A stretch of DNA of 64,000 bases. Source: Octopus sinensis (lineage: Eukaryota). The position numbers and the translations under genes are program-made. The stretch's first letter is position 1; each line of letters starts with the position of its first letter. The stretch covers positions 23,002,001 to 23,066,000 of the forward strand of contig NC_043000.1 in NCBI RefSeq assembly GCF_006345805.1, given 5' to 3'. Positions 24,312-36,700 of the stretch are shown here, in pieces. The notes beneath the pieces are model-generated. The model searched no databases, was not told where the DNA came from, and was given only the letters and a program-made list of their open reading frames with translations.

Positions 24312-25160
24312 TAGGTGGGTAAAGAAAAGAATACATAGACAATTTCATAGGGATGTTGAAGATAAGACAGACAGAGAAAAATGATGGCTATGGATGGCTA
24401 AAAGTGATTTAAAACCGGAAACGAAGGTTCTAATCTGTGCTGCGCAAGAGCAAGCATTAAGAACCAATTACATCAAATACAGAATAGACAACACATCAGA
24501 AAGTGGTAAGTGCAGAATTTGTGAACAAAATGATGAAACTGTATGGCATATTACCAGCCAATGTACGCCACTAGCCCAGAAAGAATATAAAGACACCACG
24601 ACAATATAGCAAGGCTTGTCCATTGTACACTTTGCAACAAGCATGGACTTGACAGAGCAAAAAACTGGTACGACCACAAACCCGAAAGCATCATCGAAAA
24701 TAATAATGCAAAGATCCTGTGGGATTTTATGATTCAGTGCGACCATGAGATAGAGAATAGGAAGCCAGACATAGTCTTAATTGAGAAAGAAAGCAAACTA
24801 TGCTGGATCATAGATGTAGCATGCCGAGCTGACAACAAGGTATGCGATAAGGAAGAAAGAAAAGTCGAGAGATATAACAGATTAGCTTGGGAGGTTAAGC
24901 AGTTATGGTCGATGAAAAAGGTGATAGTAGTACCAATAATTGTCGGAGCCCTGGGAATAGTGAGTAAAAATCTTGAGAAGTACATGGAACAAACAGGGGC
25001 TGCAATAAGGGTGGAGCACTTGCAGAAAACAGCACTGCTTGGAACCGCTCGAATACTCCGGAAGGTGCTCGAAAAATAAGAGGAGTTACCTTAGTTCACT
25101 GGTAGTGAACAGCTGACACTGTAGTACATCTCCAGTGTTAGAAGCTGTACAAAGGCAATA
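24311..25160 (+). mobile_element. 3' fragment of an RLE-type (R4/Dong-like) non-LTR retrotransposon
   Basis: CRIC...H-x4-C knuckle (ORF 24394) and a KPDIV...IIDV...K restriction-like endonuclease motif (ORF 24729-25079). Frameshifted and embedded in AAT repeats. Confidence 0.8.
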
Positions 25161-25553
25161 TTGTGGAGGCGCAATGGCCCAGTGGTTAGGGCAGCGGACT
25201 CGCGGTCATAGGATCGCGGTTTCGATTCCCAGACCGGGCGTTGTGAGTGTTTATTGAGCGAAAACACCTTAAAGCTCCACGAGGCTCCGGCAGGGGATGG
25301 TGGTGATCCCTGCTGTACTCTTTCACCACAACTTTCTCTCACTCTTACTTCCTGTTTCTGTTGTACCTGTATTTCAAGGGGCCGGCCTTGTCACTCTCTG
25401 TGTCACGCTGAATATCCCCGAGAACTACGTTAAGGGTGCACGTGTCTGTGGAGTGCTCAGCCACTTACACGTTAATTTCACGAGCAGGCTGTTCCGTTGA
25501 TTCGGATCAACCGGAACCCTCATCGTCGTAACCGACGGAGTGCTTCCATCCAT
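25161..25553 (+). mobile_element. tRNA-derived SINE (family E)
   Basis: A box TGGCCCAGTGG, B-box-like GGTTTCGATTCC, and TSD AAAGGCAATA (25151-25160 and 25554-25563). Confidence 0.85.
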
Positions 25554-25579
25554 AAAGGCAATAATAATAATGATGATGA

Positions 25580-26330
25580 TTTAATTTATTTGCCACCAGG
25601 GCGAAGGGTGAGGGGGACAATACAAATACATAAAGTGTGGGGGGTTACATATAATAGAATGATATGAAAAAAAGGAGGAAAAAGAAGTATACACAGTATA
25701 CATTAAAAGAAGTGAAGTATACATAGTATACGGCAATAAGGAAAAAATTTTCTTTCTAAATTGTGAAGGGCGAGGACCTGTTTTATTCCTTAAATTGGCC
25801 ATAAAGGCATTACAAAGAAAGGAAGCTGCGGGCTGGACAAGGATATAATGAGATGAAATGATAGACGATATGATAATAATGAGGGCAACAGCAACGCCCA
25901 CCGATTGCTGTTTACCCGAGCACATTGTTTTTTATAAGTACCATATTTGAGGCAACAAACCTCTTACATAGTTCAAAGTAAAACATCAAGAAAACAATAA
26001 ACCTCTTACATTTACAACACAAAAAGCCATTCTGAGGCGTTGTGAGGAGGAGGACCACTCGGGATGATCGAGGAACCCCACCATCCAAGATGACCCTGAA
26101 TACCATGGATAAATACCTTTTCTAACTCCTTTCCACCGACTCACAGGTTTCCACTCTTGCCACCTTTTCATAAATTCGCTCGAGGACAACACCCCCATCT
26201 CCACCCTCACTTTCCTTTTCTTAGAGAAATTTGAAAAAGTCCATGAGGGGCTTACCAAAGAGGAATGTCTCTGTAGTGGATCTTGCAGGCATGAAGTAGA
26301 TTTATCTACCATAGCCAAATTTAAATTAAC
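25580..26330 (-). mobile_element. Tx1-like LINE 3' end (ORF2 C-terminus and 3' UTR)
   Basis: KRKVRVE...F.KRW-type C-terminus followed by a pyrimidine-rich UTR and an AATAAATTAAA end on the minus strand. Confidence 0.6.
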
Positions 26331-27169
26331 ACTTCAATAGAACTTTTCTCAAAGTGGAACAATGGGTTTTTTTTTCTGTGACAGCAGTTTTACATTTCCC
26401 AGGTGCCTTAGCTAGGCCGAAATAATGTCTTCACTACTTGACCCTTCTAACCTCTCCTAGACTACCAAAAGCTAGAATTAAGATAACAAGACCACCAACT
26501 AAATCCATTGTTCTCAACAATATGCCTATCCTTCTGGGTAGCTATAAAAGCAAAAAAAAAAAAAAAAGCAAAAATCAGTTTAATCACTTGGTGATAACTC
26601 AGTTAGTCGGTTCGTGACAACTCAATCAGTTAGTTAATGAATGATAACTCAAGTCAGAGACAGCTACCATCAGTTAGGGAGCGGAATGCTAGAATCATGA
26701 TCACAAGCAAGGCAGCTACAAAAGACAATGGTCAAATGGAGAATTGAAATTTACTGTCAGCAGCTATGAGACCCAACTTCCCACTCTCGCTCACTTTCAC
26801 TAACTTACTTTGTCTTCTCTGCACATTACCATATCTCTCTCTCTATGCTTTACTACTGCAATACGAACACACAGGCTGAAATTAACTTTTTTATTTCGCA
26901 CGCTCTAGGATTTTATCATCTGCCCATCGAGGCAAGGTATATTCGATGTAACGGTAAATAAATATTTTCATCACAACTTCAATCACTGTTATTTCATCTT
27001 TACATAGTGGCAATCAACGAAGAACCAATCCTTACAAACTGATTACAACTCCGACATTCTATCCTACTGTGCATCAACTATCATTTACCACACAATCATT
27101 TACCATATTATTGTTTACAAATAATGTTAAACCGTTATAAAAGTAATCCTTATCCATTACATCTCTGTC

Positions 27170-29445
27170 TTCATTTCTTTCAGCCTCGTCCACCAGACAA
27201 CCTATTTCGTCGCAGCAACCAGGCAAAGAAAAACTGCCATGCCTGCCCGATTAAAGGAGAGCGGCGGAGCAATCATCACTATGGACTCGGTCGACAGCAA
27301 CTGTGCGACATAACTCCACAAGTCAGCAATTACCTAACACTAAACGAGTGCATGCAGAACGGTTTCATCGCTCTGCGTGCACCTCGGATAAGCCCGTCTG
27401 ACAGCACATCCGTGCCTGTAGAGTTTATCTCGAACCGATAGCACCCCCCCCCCCGGTAGTACTGCCAAGCCAAAGACATCTGGAAATTATCCATAATAGT
27501 CCCCAACCGGAAAGTCCTCCGGAACAGACTAGTTACTTCATCTTCGTCAACGCCCAGGGTTTCCCCTAGAACGTCGTCGTACTTTCCCGCCACTAATCCT
27601 CTATAAATAGCTAAAGTGGAACATCCACCGATCTCATAGAGGACAGTGAGCGCCTGACGACATTCCATGTGCCAGGCGCCCAGTCTTGGTCTGTCCTTCA
27701 CCCAGGACTGCAGATCCATCAAAGAGAAGAGTTGCGGAAATACGTGCCTCACAAACGGAGCCCACACACGTTCACCTTCTAGAAATCGTTGCAGGTGACT
27801 CAACCTGAGCGCATGTCTGCGCATCGAAAGCCACATCATACCTAAGCCGCCACTCAGAGGAGCTGACAGCAGACTGACCACCCGACCATTGGAACGCGCC
27901 CCTTCCACAAGAATATGAACAAGAGACGCTCCAGCTTGATCAAGCAATAAAACAGGGGCAAGGCACGATGGCCAGACGATAAATGATAATGGAGGCGATG
28001 TAGGTATTCGCCATCTCTGCCCGGCCTTTCAAGGACAGCTTCCTCTCAGCCCATTTCTAGGTAAGACTGGGCACCCTCTTCGTCACCTTGTCCCACTTCT
28101 TATCCACTTGGAGGTTGGGACCAAACCAGACCCCGAGTAGTTTAACTGGTCCGTCAGTCCAACGTCTGATGGCATTGATCTGCCTCTCCAGGTGCCCAGT
28201 CACAAACCCACCGACTTCTCGGCATTGATTTTAGCCCTTGCAACCGACTCATATTCTTCTTGAATGTAGCCGACCGTCTCCACTTCAGAGACGTCCGACA
28301 CCATGACGGTGACGTCGTCCGCGTATGCACACACTGCTTTTCCGAATTCCAGTTCGAAAGACATGCCCCTCAACTGTTCCAACTTCTGCAGCAGTGACTC
28401 GAGGCCCAGCACATACAGAAGAAGTGACGGTAGGCAGCCCTGACGGACCGAACGTGCAATGCTAAACGGTTTCGATAGATGGCCATTTACTTTGATCACC
28501 GAGCAGGTACCGCTGTGCATTGCAACGATCCAGCCCCTGAAAGCGGGTCCGAAACCGGCCGCTTTAAGGACAGCTTCCAGGTAGCTTTAAGCCCTCTCTA
28601 TGATATATCACATAAGGTGGAGATTGTTGTGGATAGACTTGTTCGGGATTACTCATGTTTGTGCTTCCCTTACTAGACTACCAACGACAAGCGCCAACCT
28701 TTTCGCTAACACCTTGGTAAAAATCTTAGTCTCTGTATTTAGCAGAGTTATGGGCTGAAAATTTCCTAGTATGCCCCCACTGTTGGCGTCCTTCTTCAGC
28801 AGTGTCACCACACCCCAACTAACAGCACTGGGAATTCTCTCGTTCTGTTGCCAGTTGCGGTAAACGTCTGCCAAGAGGTCGCCAAACAAATCTGGCATAA
28901 ATACATAGAACTTATAGGGAAGACCATCTAAATCTGGTGCTTTGCGACTTGTGCAGTCGCTCATCGCCTATCATATTTCAGTGTCCGTTATCAGATTTCG
29001 CAGAACCTCGCGTCCGCTGCCGAGAGCCGTGGCAGGCCATCCAGGTACGAACTAAAGTCCGCTACCGTTGTTGACCCATCGCCCCCTCCGAACAGTTGCA
29101 CGAAGTGCAGCTGAAAAGCCGCACACACCTGCTCAGAACCATGTAGCACGCACCCATCCCGATCCGTCAGAGACCCGATCGATCATGCTTTTGTTGCGAC
29201 GTCGTATTTCCACCGTTCGAGCCCATCGGGCACCTTTAGTTCCCTCATATTTTAGCGCACGAGCCTTAGCTCTGATAACGCAACCTTCATTTTGCCTCAA
29301 AGAAATGGCCAAGAGCCATTCTCGCTGCTAACACGTCAGTTGCGATGCCTTTACCAGTCGCCCCTTCTAGTTTGCTAACTAGTTCTCCCTCTAATCTGTT
29401 TCTTTCTATTGCTAACTCTTTGCTAAGCTCTATTGATTCTGGTCT
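27170..29445 (-). mobile_element. Tx1/L1-clade LINE ORF2 remnant (5'-truncated, degenerate)
   Basis: KAPDLDGLPYKFY, QPITLLNTETKI, SVRQGC.PS.LLY and AYADDVTV RT motifs in broken ORFs 28653-28964, 28200-28520 and 27330-27947. Confidence 0.85.
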
Positions 29446-29879
29446 GTTTCGATGCGTAGGCAACAATATTTCATCGCTATAAAAACTGAGCTTTAGCATG
29501 CTGTGGATGATTCTAAGTTATGTTTAATTCAAAAGACATGTCATTTAAATTGTTTTAATTAAACGACAACTCGTATCTAATTTTTTTTTTTTTTCAAGCA
29601 TCAGTCTTTTACTTTTCCTTACAGAACAAACTATGGCGCTACATGGAACTACTGTCACTCAATGCTACGATAGATGTTTGTCCCTTTTCTTCTTATTCTG
29701 CTTAGAATGACGACAGATGCTACTCGAAACTAATGTCAGTCAGTTTTTAAACATTTCTTCTATCTAATTTATTCTCAGTAATTATGAACTGAATTCATAT
29801 TACTATTTAGCATATGCAGTGAAAACTTGTAATTATTCCTTTAGAAATCTCTTAAATGAGGTCTTACTTATTCAATTGT

Positions 29880-30910
29880 TGTATGTAACACCATCAAGTT
29901 CCCTTCAGAGATGCAACCAGTTGCTGGGGTGCCACTCTCGATACTTTTGCAGTCAACCGTTGCCAATGGTTTTTATTTTCTGTCATATGTAGCAATGGTA
30001 TGGTGACCTGTCCAGTCCTTGATGTCATCAACCAATATTTTCTTTGTCTGCCTCTCTTTAACCCTCCCTTAACTATGCTCTAAAGGCCTGTTTTGGACAG
30101 GAGGTTGTGGCGGAATACGTGACCATACCAGGCAAGCTTTCGTCTTTTTACCAGTGAAAGAAGCGGTTCCTGTTTGTCAGCGTATATGTTGACTTGCTGC
30201 ATGACGAAGCTGTTCGTTTTGTGTTTTGTGTACGAGATGCGTAGCACCCTTCTGAAGCAATTGTGCTCAAATGCCTGGATTCTTCGCTTCATGTCAGCTG
30301 TAAGAGTCCAGCTCTCACATCGATGCAAAAGGATCAAAGTCATCAGAGACTTGTACACTTTAAGTCCCATTGCAAAACTAATGGAGTTACTTTTCTATAT
30401 GGTGTTGAATTTCATTATGGCAGCAGAGGTGAAACTGAGTCTTGCTATCACCATTTGAAATCTGCCGTTTTTAGTCAAAGTAGATCCTAGATTCTTGAAG
30501 GTGCCCACTTCGTCAAGTGTGCCTCCATTCAGTATGATATTGGTTGCTATGTTCTGGTTGTTACTATTAACCACCAAGACCTTATTCTTTTCTAGGATGA
30601 TTTCCATCCTGTTTGCTCCAGATACCTTTTCCATTTTGTGGTGAGCTCCTGAAGTTCTGCTTCACTGATTCCTATCAGGTCAACATCATCAGCAAATCAC
30701 AAGTAGAAAATGGACAAAACTCCAATGGAAACAAAAGGGTGGAAGTCCTGAAGTGTCTCCTGTATGATGTTTTCTAGGAAGATATTGAAAAGCACTGGAG
30801 AGAGGATACATTCTTGTCGAACACCCATTGTTGTCTTGAAAATTTCTCCAACATTGTTGTTCAGGAGAGCTGCACTGTTTGACTTTTCATACAGTGCTTA
30901 GATATTAATT
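29880..30910 (-). mobile_element. RTE-clade LINE ORF2 3' remnant
   Basis: YKSL...LHRCESWTLT...IQAFE...RRVLRIS...KRRKLAWYGHV (ORF 30080-30370), and a QFADDVD-like RT remnant near 30690. Confidence 0.8.
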
Positions 30911-33900
30911 CGATAAGGCTGTTGTCGAGGGTGTTATTCTTCATCACCTGTCACAACTCGTAGTGCTAAACACAGTCAAATACCGTTTTGAAGTCGATAA
31001 AGTTGTGATAGAGGTCAGATTGGTGTGGAATTTTTTCTCGCAACCTGATGTTAAATATCTGCTCCACAGCACTCCTGTATACACAGGTAAATGCAAATGT
31101 TTCAAGTTAATAAAAAATCGTGTGAGAACTAATATCAATATTAGTATGGTCATTGGCGGCGAGCTGGCAGAATCGTTAGCACGCCGGGCAAATTGCTTAG
31201 CAGCATTTCAGCCATCTATACGGCTGAGTTCAAATTCCACCGAGGTCAACTTTGCTTTTCATCCTTTCGGGGTAGATAAAATAAGTACTAGCTGAACACT
31301 GGGATCGATGTAATCGACTTACCCCTCTCCAGAAATTGCTGGCCTTGTGCCAAAACTTGAAACCAATATTAGTGTAGTCATTGTGAGCTGGTAGAATCGT
31401 TTATATACGTTCTGCGTTCAAATCCTGCCGAGATCAACTTTGCCTTTCATCCTCTCGGTGATAAAATAATGTACCAGTCAAATACTGGAGTCAATGTAAT
31501 CGACTTGCACCCTTCCCTCAAAACTTGCTGGCCTTGGGCCAAAATTAGAAAGAATTTCAAATGTAACACACAGCTTACAAAATGTTGTCATTCATCCGTG
31601 ACTATTTAACGACCCCAACACCACACTGAGGTATATTAGGAAAATGTTGCTGAGATAAAAACAGGGAAACGAACATATGCGAATTGGCAGACGAGCGATT
31701 CAGCAAATCGATATTGCATTGAAATGAGTATTGTACTGATACTAAGTAAACGAAAGTAGATCAACCGATTGCTCTCCGATTAAGTGCTGGAGGAAGAGAG
31801 AGAAACAACAGCTTGCCCACGGGTGAGTGCTGCGCCGAGAAAAGAGAGAAAGATAGAATTGAACATCCTGCTTTGGCTGTGCTCTAGAGAGAGCGAGAGA
31901 GGGCCGGATTTTAAAAAGTATTGCAAAATATTTCTCGTTCTATTTTATATTGATTTCTTAGATAAATCTCACACTTTTCAAGTGAATTTAATTCCTTGAA
32001 TTGATTCTTTTATATCGATTACAAAAAGTTGAAACCAAAGTTTATCACAGCAAAATTTGAACTCGAATCCTGTCAGAATAAAAATATTATGATTCATTTA
32101 GTACGGCGCATTACTGCTTTAACATAGTTTTATAGAGAGATTTCTGATATAGGTACAAAGCTTCGAATTTGACCAGAAGTTTATATAAAAGAATCTATCA
32201 GGAAAGATGAAAGGTAAAGTTGACCGTAGTAATAGGATGTGAATTCAGAACGCAAAGAACCGGAACAACCACCGCAAAAACATTTCGTCCGACGCTCTAA
32301 CGATTCCATCAATCTAGCGATCTTGCTGCCATACTCTATCCGCGTTAGTTCTTTCGTTCTTTCTGTTTTGTTGCGGGTAGCTTACGAGAAGAAACTAACC
32401 CGTTATCACAGACAACATAAAGAGAAACTACGCCTGATGGCGGTGGTGCCTGGTGTTACACCCAAATTAGAAGGGAGATAACTCTAATATCAGCACTAAT
32501 TTCTAAACCTCCTGTCACCACTTAATATACATCTCAGTTCCTCGCTCTTTCTTTCTTTCTTTCTCTATCACTCACTCCCTCTCTCCCTCTGGTTTTCTCT
32601 GTCTTTCTCCCCTTCCTCCCTATTTCTCTGTATTAAACCAAATGCCGTCAACGTTTGTCTCGATTGTCTTTTGTAAGTCCCAACTGATCTTTGTTTTATT
32701 GCTCGTTCTTAACAATTAATTAGACTCCTTATAATTAACTGTTTGTGTATCAATACACATCTGTACGCATCGTATTCTTAATTAGAAACTGAAAACTTCA
32801 TAAATATATCGATGCATCTTTATGTATATCTTCGCTTATATATATACATTTATGTTGTATTTGTTGTGTGTGAATATATATATATATATATGGCAAACGA
32901 AACATTGCCATATATATGTATGTATATGTGTGTGTATAGTGTTGAAAGTAAGGTTCGTTAAACTAATTTTATTCTTATTTGTATTTCATAATACACCCGC
33001 ATGTCATTGTGTATTCCAAACAATTTCGGTCGTAGTTTTTAAAGATCATGCTTAATGTCAATGCTCTCATCTGTCAAATGTATTTTATCTCATAAGTAAC
33101 TTGTGTTTTGTTGTAATTAAACTTAAAATTATAAATAGTTCAGCTTCTTTTATTTCATTGCTGCTCCCTTGGCATTAACAAAGTTTAAAAGACGACCGAT
33201 GATTCTAAGTTATGTTTAATTCAAAAGACATGTCATTTAAATTGTTTTAATTAAACGACAACTCGTATCTAATTTTTTTTTTTTTTCAAGCATCAGTATT
33301 AACAACGTTCTCTACCAGTCTGCATCATTATTAAATATTAAAACTATACTTTATTATTTCTTCTATTCAAGTTTAGGCAATCTTAAGTTTAATATATGTT
33401 CTTTACATTAAATGCAAAACTAATTTTTTTTGTATCAAACGGACAATGTATGAAGTCGATTTTATTACCCCTTTATATAACTGGTACTTGATTTTATCAA
33501 CTATTGAAGGATAAACGGCAAAGTCGACCTAGTTTGCCAAGAATTAGAAGGGCCGTAACAAAATACCGCAGGTATTTTATCCGACACTAACGGATATATC
33601 CTGCCGCCCAAGTTTCTTATTTCATATAAAATATATTTAGTATCTGAGATAGTACTGCATTAATCATAAACTACTTGCATTATATATTAATGTCTACATA
33701 CATCAAAGACCTGGTTTATTTTGAGTGAAGATAGTATTTTTTTTTTAACAATCTAATATATATTTTTCTATTAGATGCTTAATCTTCGATAGTTCCTAAC
33801 AGACATGTCATGTTACTTTTCTCCCAAAACTTACAAACAGTGCTAAAACACAGTGCTGACTAAGATGTCAATATCTCCATTTTATTCTTCTCTTCACGAA

Positions 33901-34959
33901 TTAATCAATAATATTTTGTATGCTTCGAAACAATATAGGACGGTGTGAAATTATTCGATAGTTTTTTTTTTTTTGGTTATCCTTTTTTTTTCTTTGTGTG
34001 AGGGACGATAAGTAAATGAACAGTTTACGCAGTATGATGCAGGCTGATTCTTGCTTCATTAAAGATGAGAGATACTCTCATCTATAATGATGCTAGAGTC
34101 ATCTTGCACACACACACACACACATACACATGTAGTCCTAATCTTTTACCATGCTGGAGCACCGCCTTGAAGGGATTTCGTCGAACAGATCGACCCCCAG
34201 TAATTAATGTAGTCTGATTCTTCTATCGGGCATTTTGCCAAACAGCTAAGTTATGGAATCATAAACCAATACCGGTTGTCAGTGGTGGTGAAGGCACAAA
34301 GACACGTGCATATGCTAGTGTATGTAATGTGTGTGTGTGTGTGTGTGGTGTTCTTTGTATGTTGTACTATCAGGCACAATCCGTAAGTGAACAAAAGATC
34401 TTATCATTTGGGGAAGATATATAGAAATATTTTGGCAACAAAAATATTTACTTGTACCTCCATGCATAGACTATTAATCCCTGGTCGGAATTCTTTTGTT
34501 AACTATGCTGTTTGTAACGAAAGAATACCGACTTTTCTTTCTTTTACTCGTTTCAATCATTTTGACTGCGGCCATGCTGGAGCACCGCCTTTCGTCAGTC
34601 GAACAAATCGACCCCCAGGACTTATTCTTTGCAAGCCTAGTACTTATTCTATCGGTTTCTTTTGCCGAACTGCTAAGTTACGAGAGCGTAAAAACACCAG
34701 CATCGGTTGTCAAGCGATGGTGGGACAAACACACTCACGCACAGATATATTCATATATATCTATATATACGACGGGCTTCTTTCAGTTTCCGTCTGCCAA
34801 ATGCACTCACAAGGCTTTGGTCGGCCCGAAGCCATAGTAGAAGACACTTACCCAAAGTGCCACGCAGTGGGATTGAACCCAGAACCATGAGGTTGGGAAG
34901 CAAGCTTCTTACACACACAGCAACTTCTGTCGACTTTTGATATAATATATCACCTCTAC

Positions 34960-36700
34960 CCAGCGGATTGAGATAATGTTTGCACTATATAAAAATATAT
35001 TTTACAACTCTTACATAACTATAAAATTTATATGAACTTAAATATGTATCAGCCAAAAACTGGCTCATTCATGTAAGAAGTTGTTGACTGAGGTGTATCC
35101 AGAGGTAGGTGGCTTGTGTACTATTCCTTGAAGCAATTTGTCCAGCTATCATTTGAAGGTGATGGGATCTTCTTTGATTTGTTTTGGAATAATGTTAAAT
35201 AGAGCAGGGCCTATTGAGGAATGGTAATTATGTGAAGGCGGCGAGCTGGTAGAAACGTTAGCATGCCGGGCGAAATGCTTAGCAGTATTTCGTCTGCCGT
35301 TACATTCTGAGTTCAGATTCCGCCGAGGTCGACTTTGCCTTTCGATTAAATAAGTACCAGTTACGCACTGGGGTTGATGTAATCGACTTAATCCGTTTGT
35401 CCTTGTTTGTCCTCTCTGTGTTTAGCTCCTTGTGAGTAGTAAAGAAATAGGTAATTATGTAATTTCAATGTGTTTGTGTGTAGGGGGCATATGGTAGAAG
35501 CTGCCAGACTTGGATGAATTCTGAATTTGGTGATAGGGTCATTTGGACAAATGTAGTGCTCACAGCAGTGTTGGCGAGAATAAAGTTTTAGTTTTAAGGC
35601 GGTCACAATAATCAAGATCAGACATACTTTTATTTTGTTTAATGATTACTTCAGTGGGTGGGGAATTCAATTCTCATAATGTTTTGTTTGATGGGTGCGG
35701 AGAGACACAGAGGGCAGCAGTATTCTGGGTTTGACCATACAAAGGAGGAGAAGAGGGTTATGACATCTGGTCCTCTGAGCCAGAAAGTTCTGATGATCCA
35801 GGAGCTCATTCTGTGAACCATATTGACTTTATAGTTAATGTGAGTGCTCCAGCCAAGGTTGTTGTCAACAATTCTATATCTCTGATATTATTTGTTGCCA
35901 TGAGTAATTCTTGTAAAAACAGAGAATATGGTTGTTTGAGTGCAGTCTCTTTTCCTTATTTAACAGTATGTTGTTTTTGTTCAACAATTTGACTCTGAGT
36001 ATGCAAATCAAACTGGAGTTTCATTAGCTCTTCCTCTCCATTGATATGTTTTTCAAGCTTGGAGTCATCTGTGAATATTTTTATTTTGTATGTTTAATGA
36101 CCCTTTATATAGACTATAAAGAGATGTGAGTCCAAAACACAGACAGCTTTTGCTGGACTTCAGTGTCTCCATCAGTCACAACTTCCTGGGTTCTGTTCAT
36201 CAGCAAATACCATAATCAGTGCAGCAGTTTACAATTTTAACAGGAGGATATTGTGATTGACTTTGTCAAAGGCTTTGCTAAATTCAAGATATATAACTAT
36301 TTCTTTATTGCTCACAAGGGGCTAAACATAGAGGGGACAAACAAGTACAGACAAACGGATTAAGTCGATTACATCAACCCCAATGCATCACTGGTACTTA
36401 ATTTATTGACCCCGAAAGGATCTAAGGCAAAGTCGACCTCGGTGGAATTTGAACTCAGAACGCAGCAGCGGACGAAATGCTACAGAGCATTTCGGCCGGC
36501 GTGCTAACGTTTCTGCCAGGGTTTGAACCCATCTTAAAACTTTAAGGGTGTCATCAATGCGATGTAAAAAACATGTTAGGTTGTCTCTGTTGCAACAAAA
36601 GCCATGCTGGCTGGAATTTAGGAGATTGTTTTATATATGTGTATGTGATGGACTCGACCTGCACAAAATGATTCTTTTATAGTGGTCAAATGTTCATGCA
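34960..36700 (-). mobile_element. CR1/L2-type LINE remnant interrupted by SINEs
   Basis: FSKAFDKV-like (about 36260-36290) and xDDSK-like (about 36060) RT remnants on the minus strand. Confidence 0.6.
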
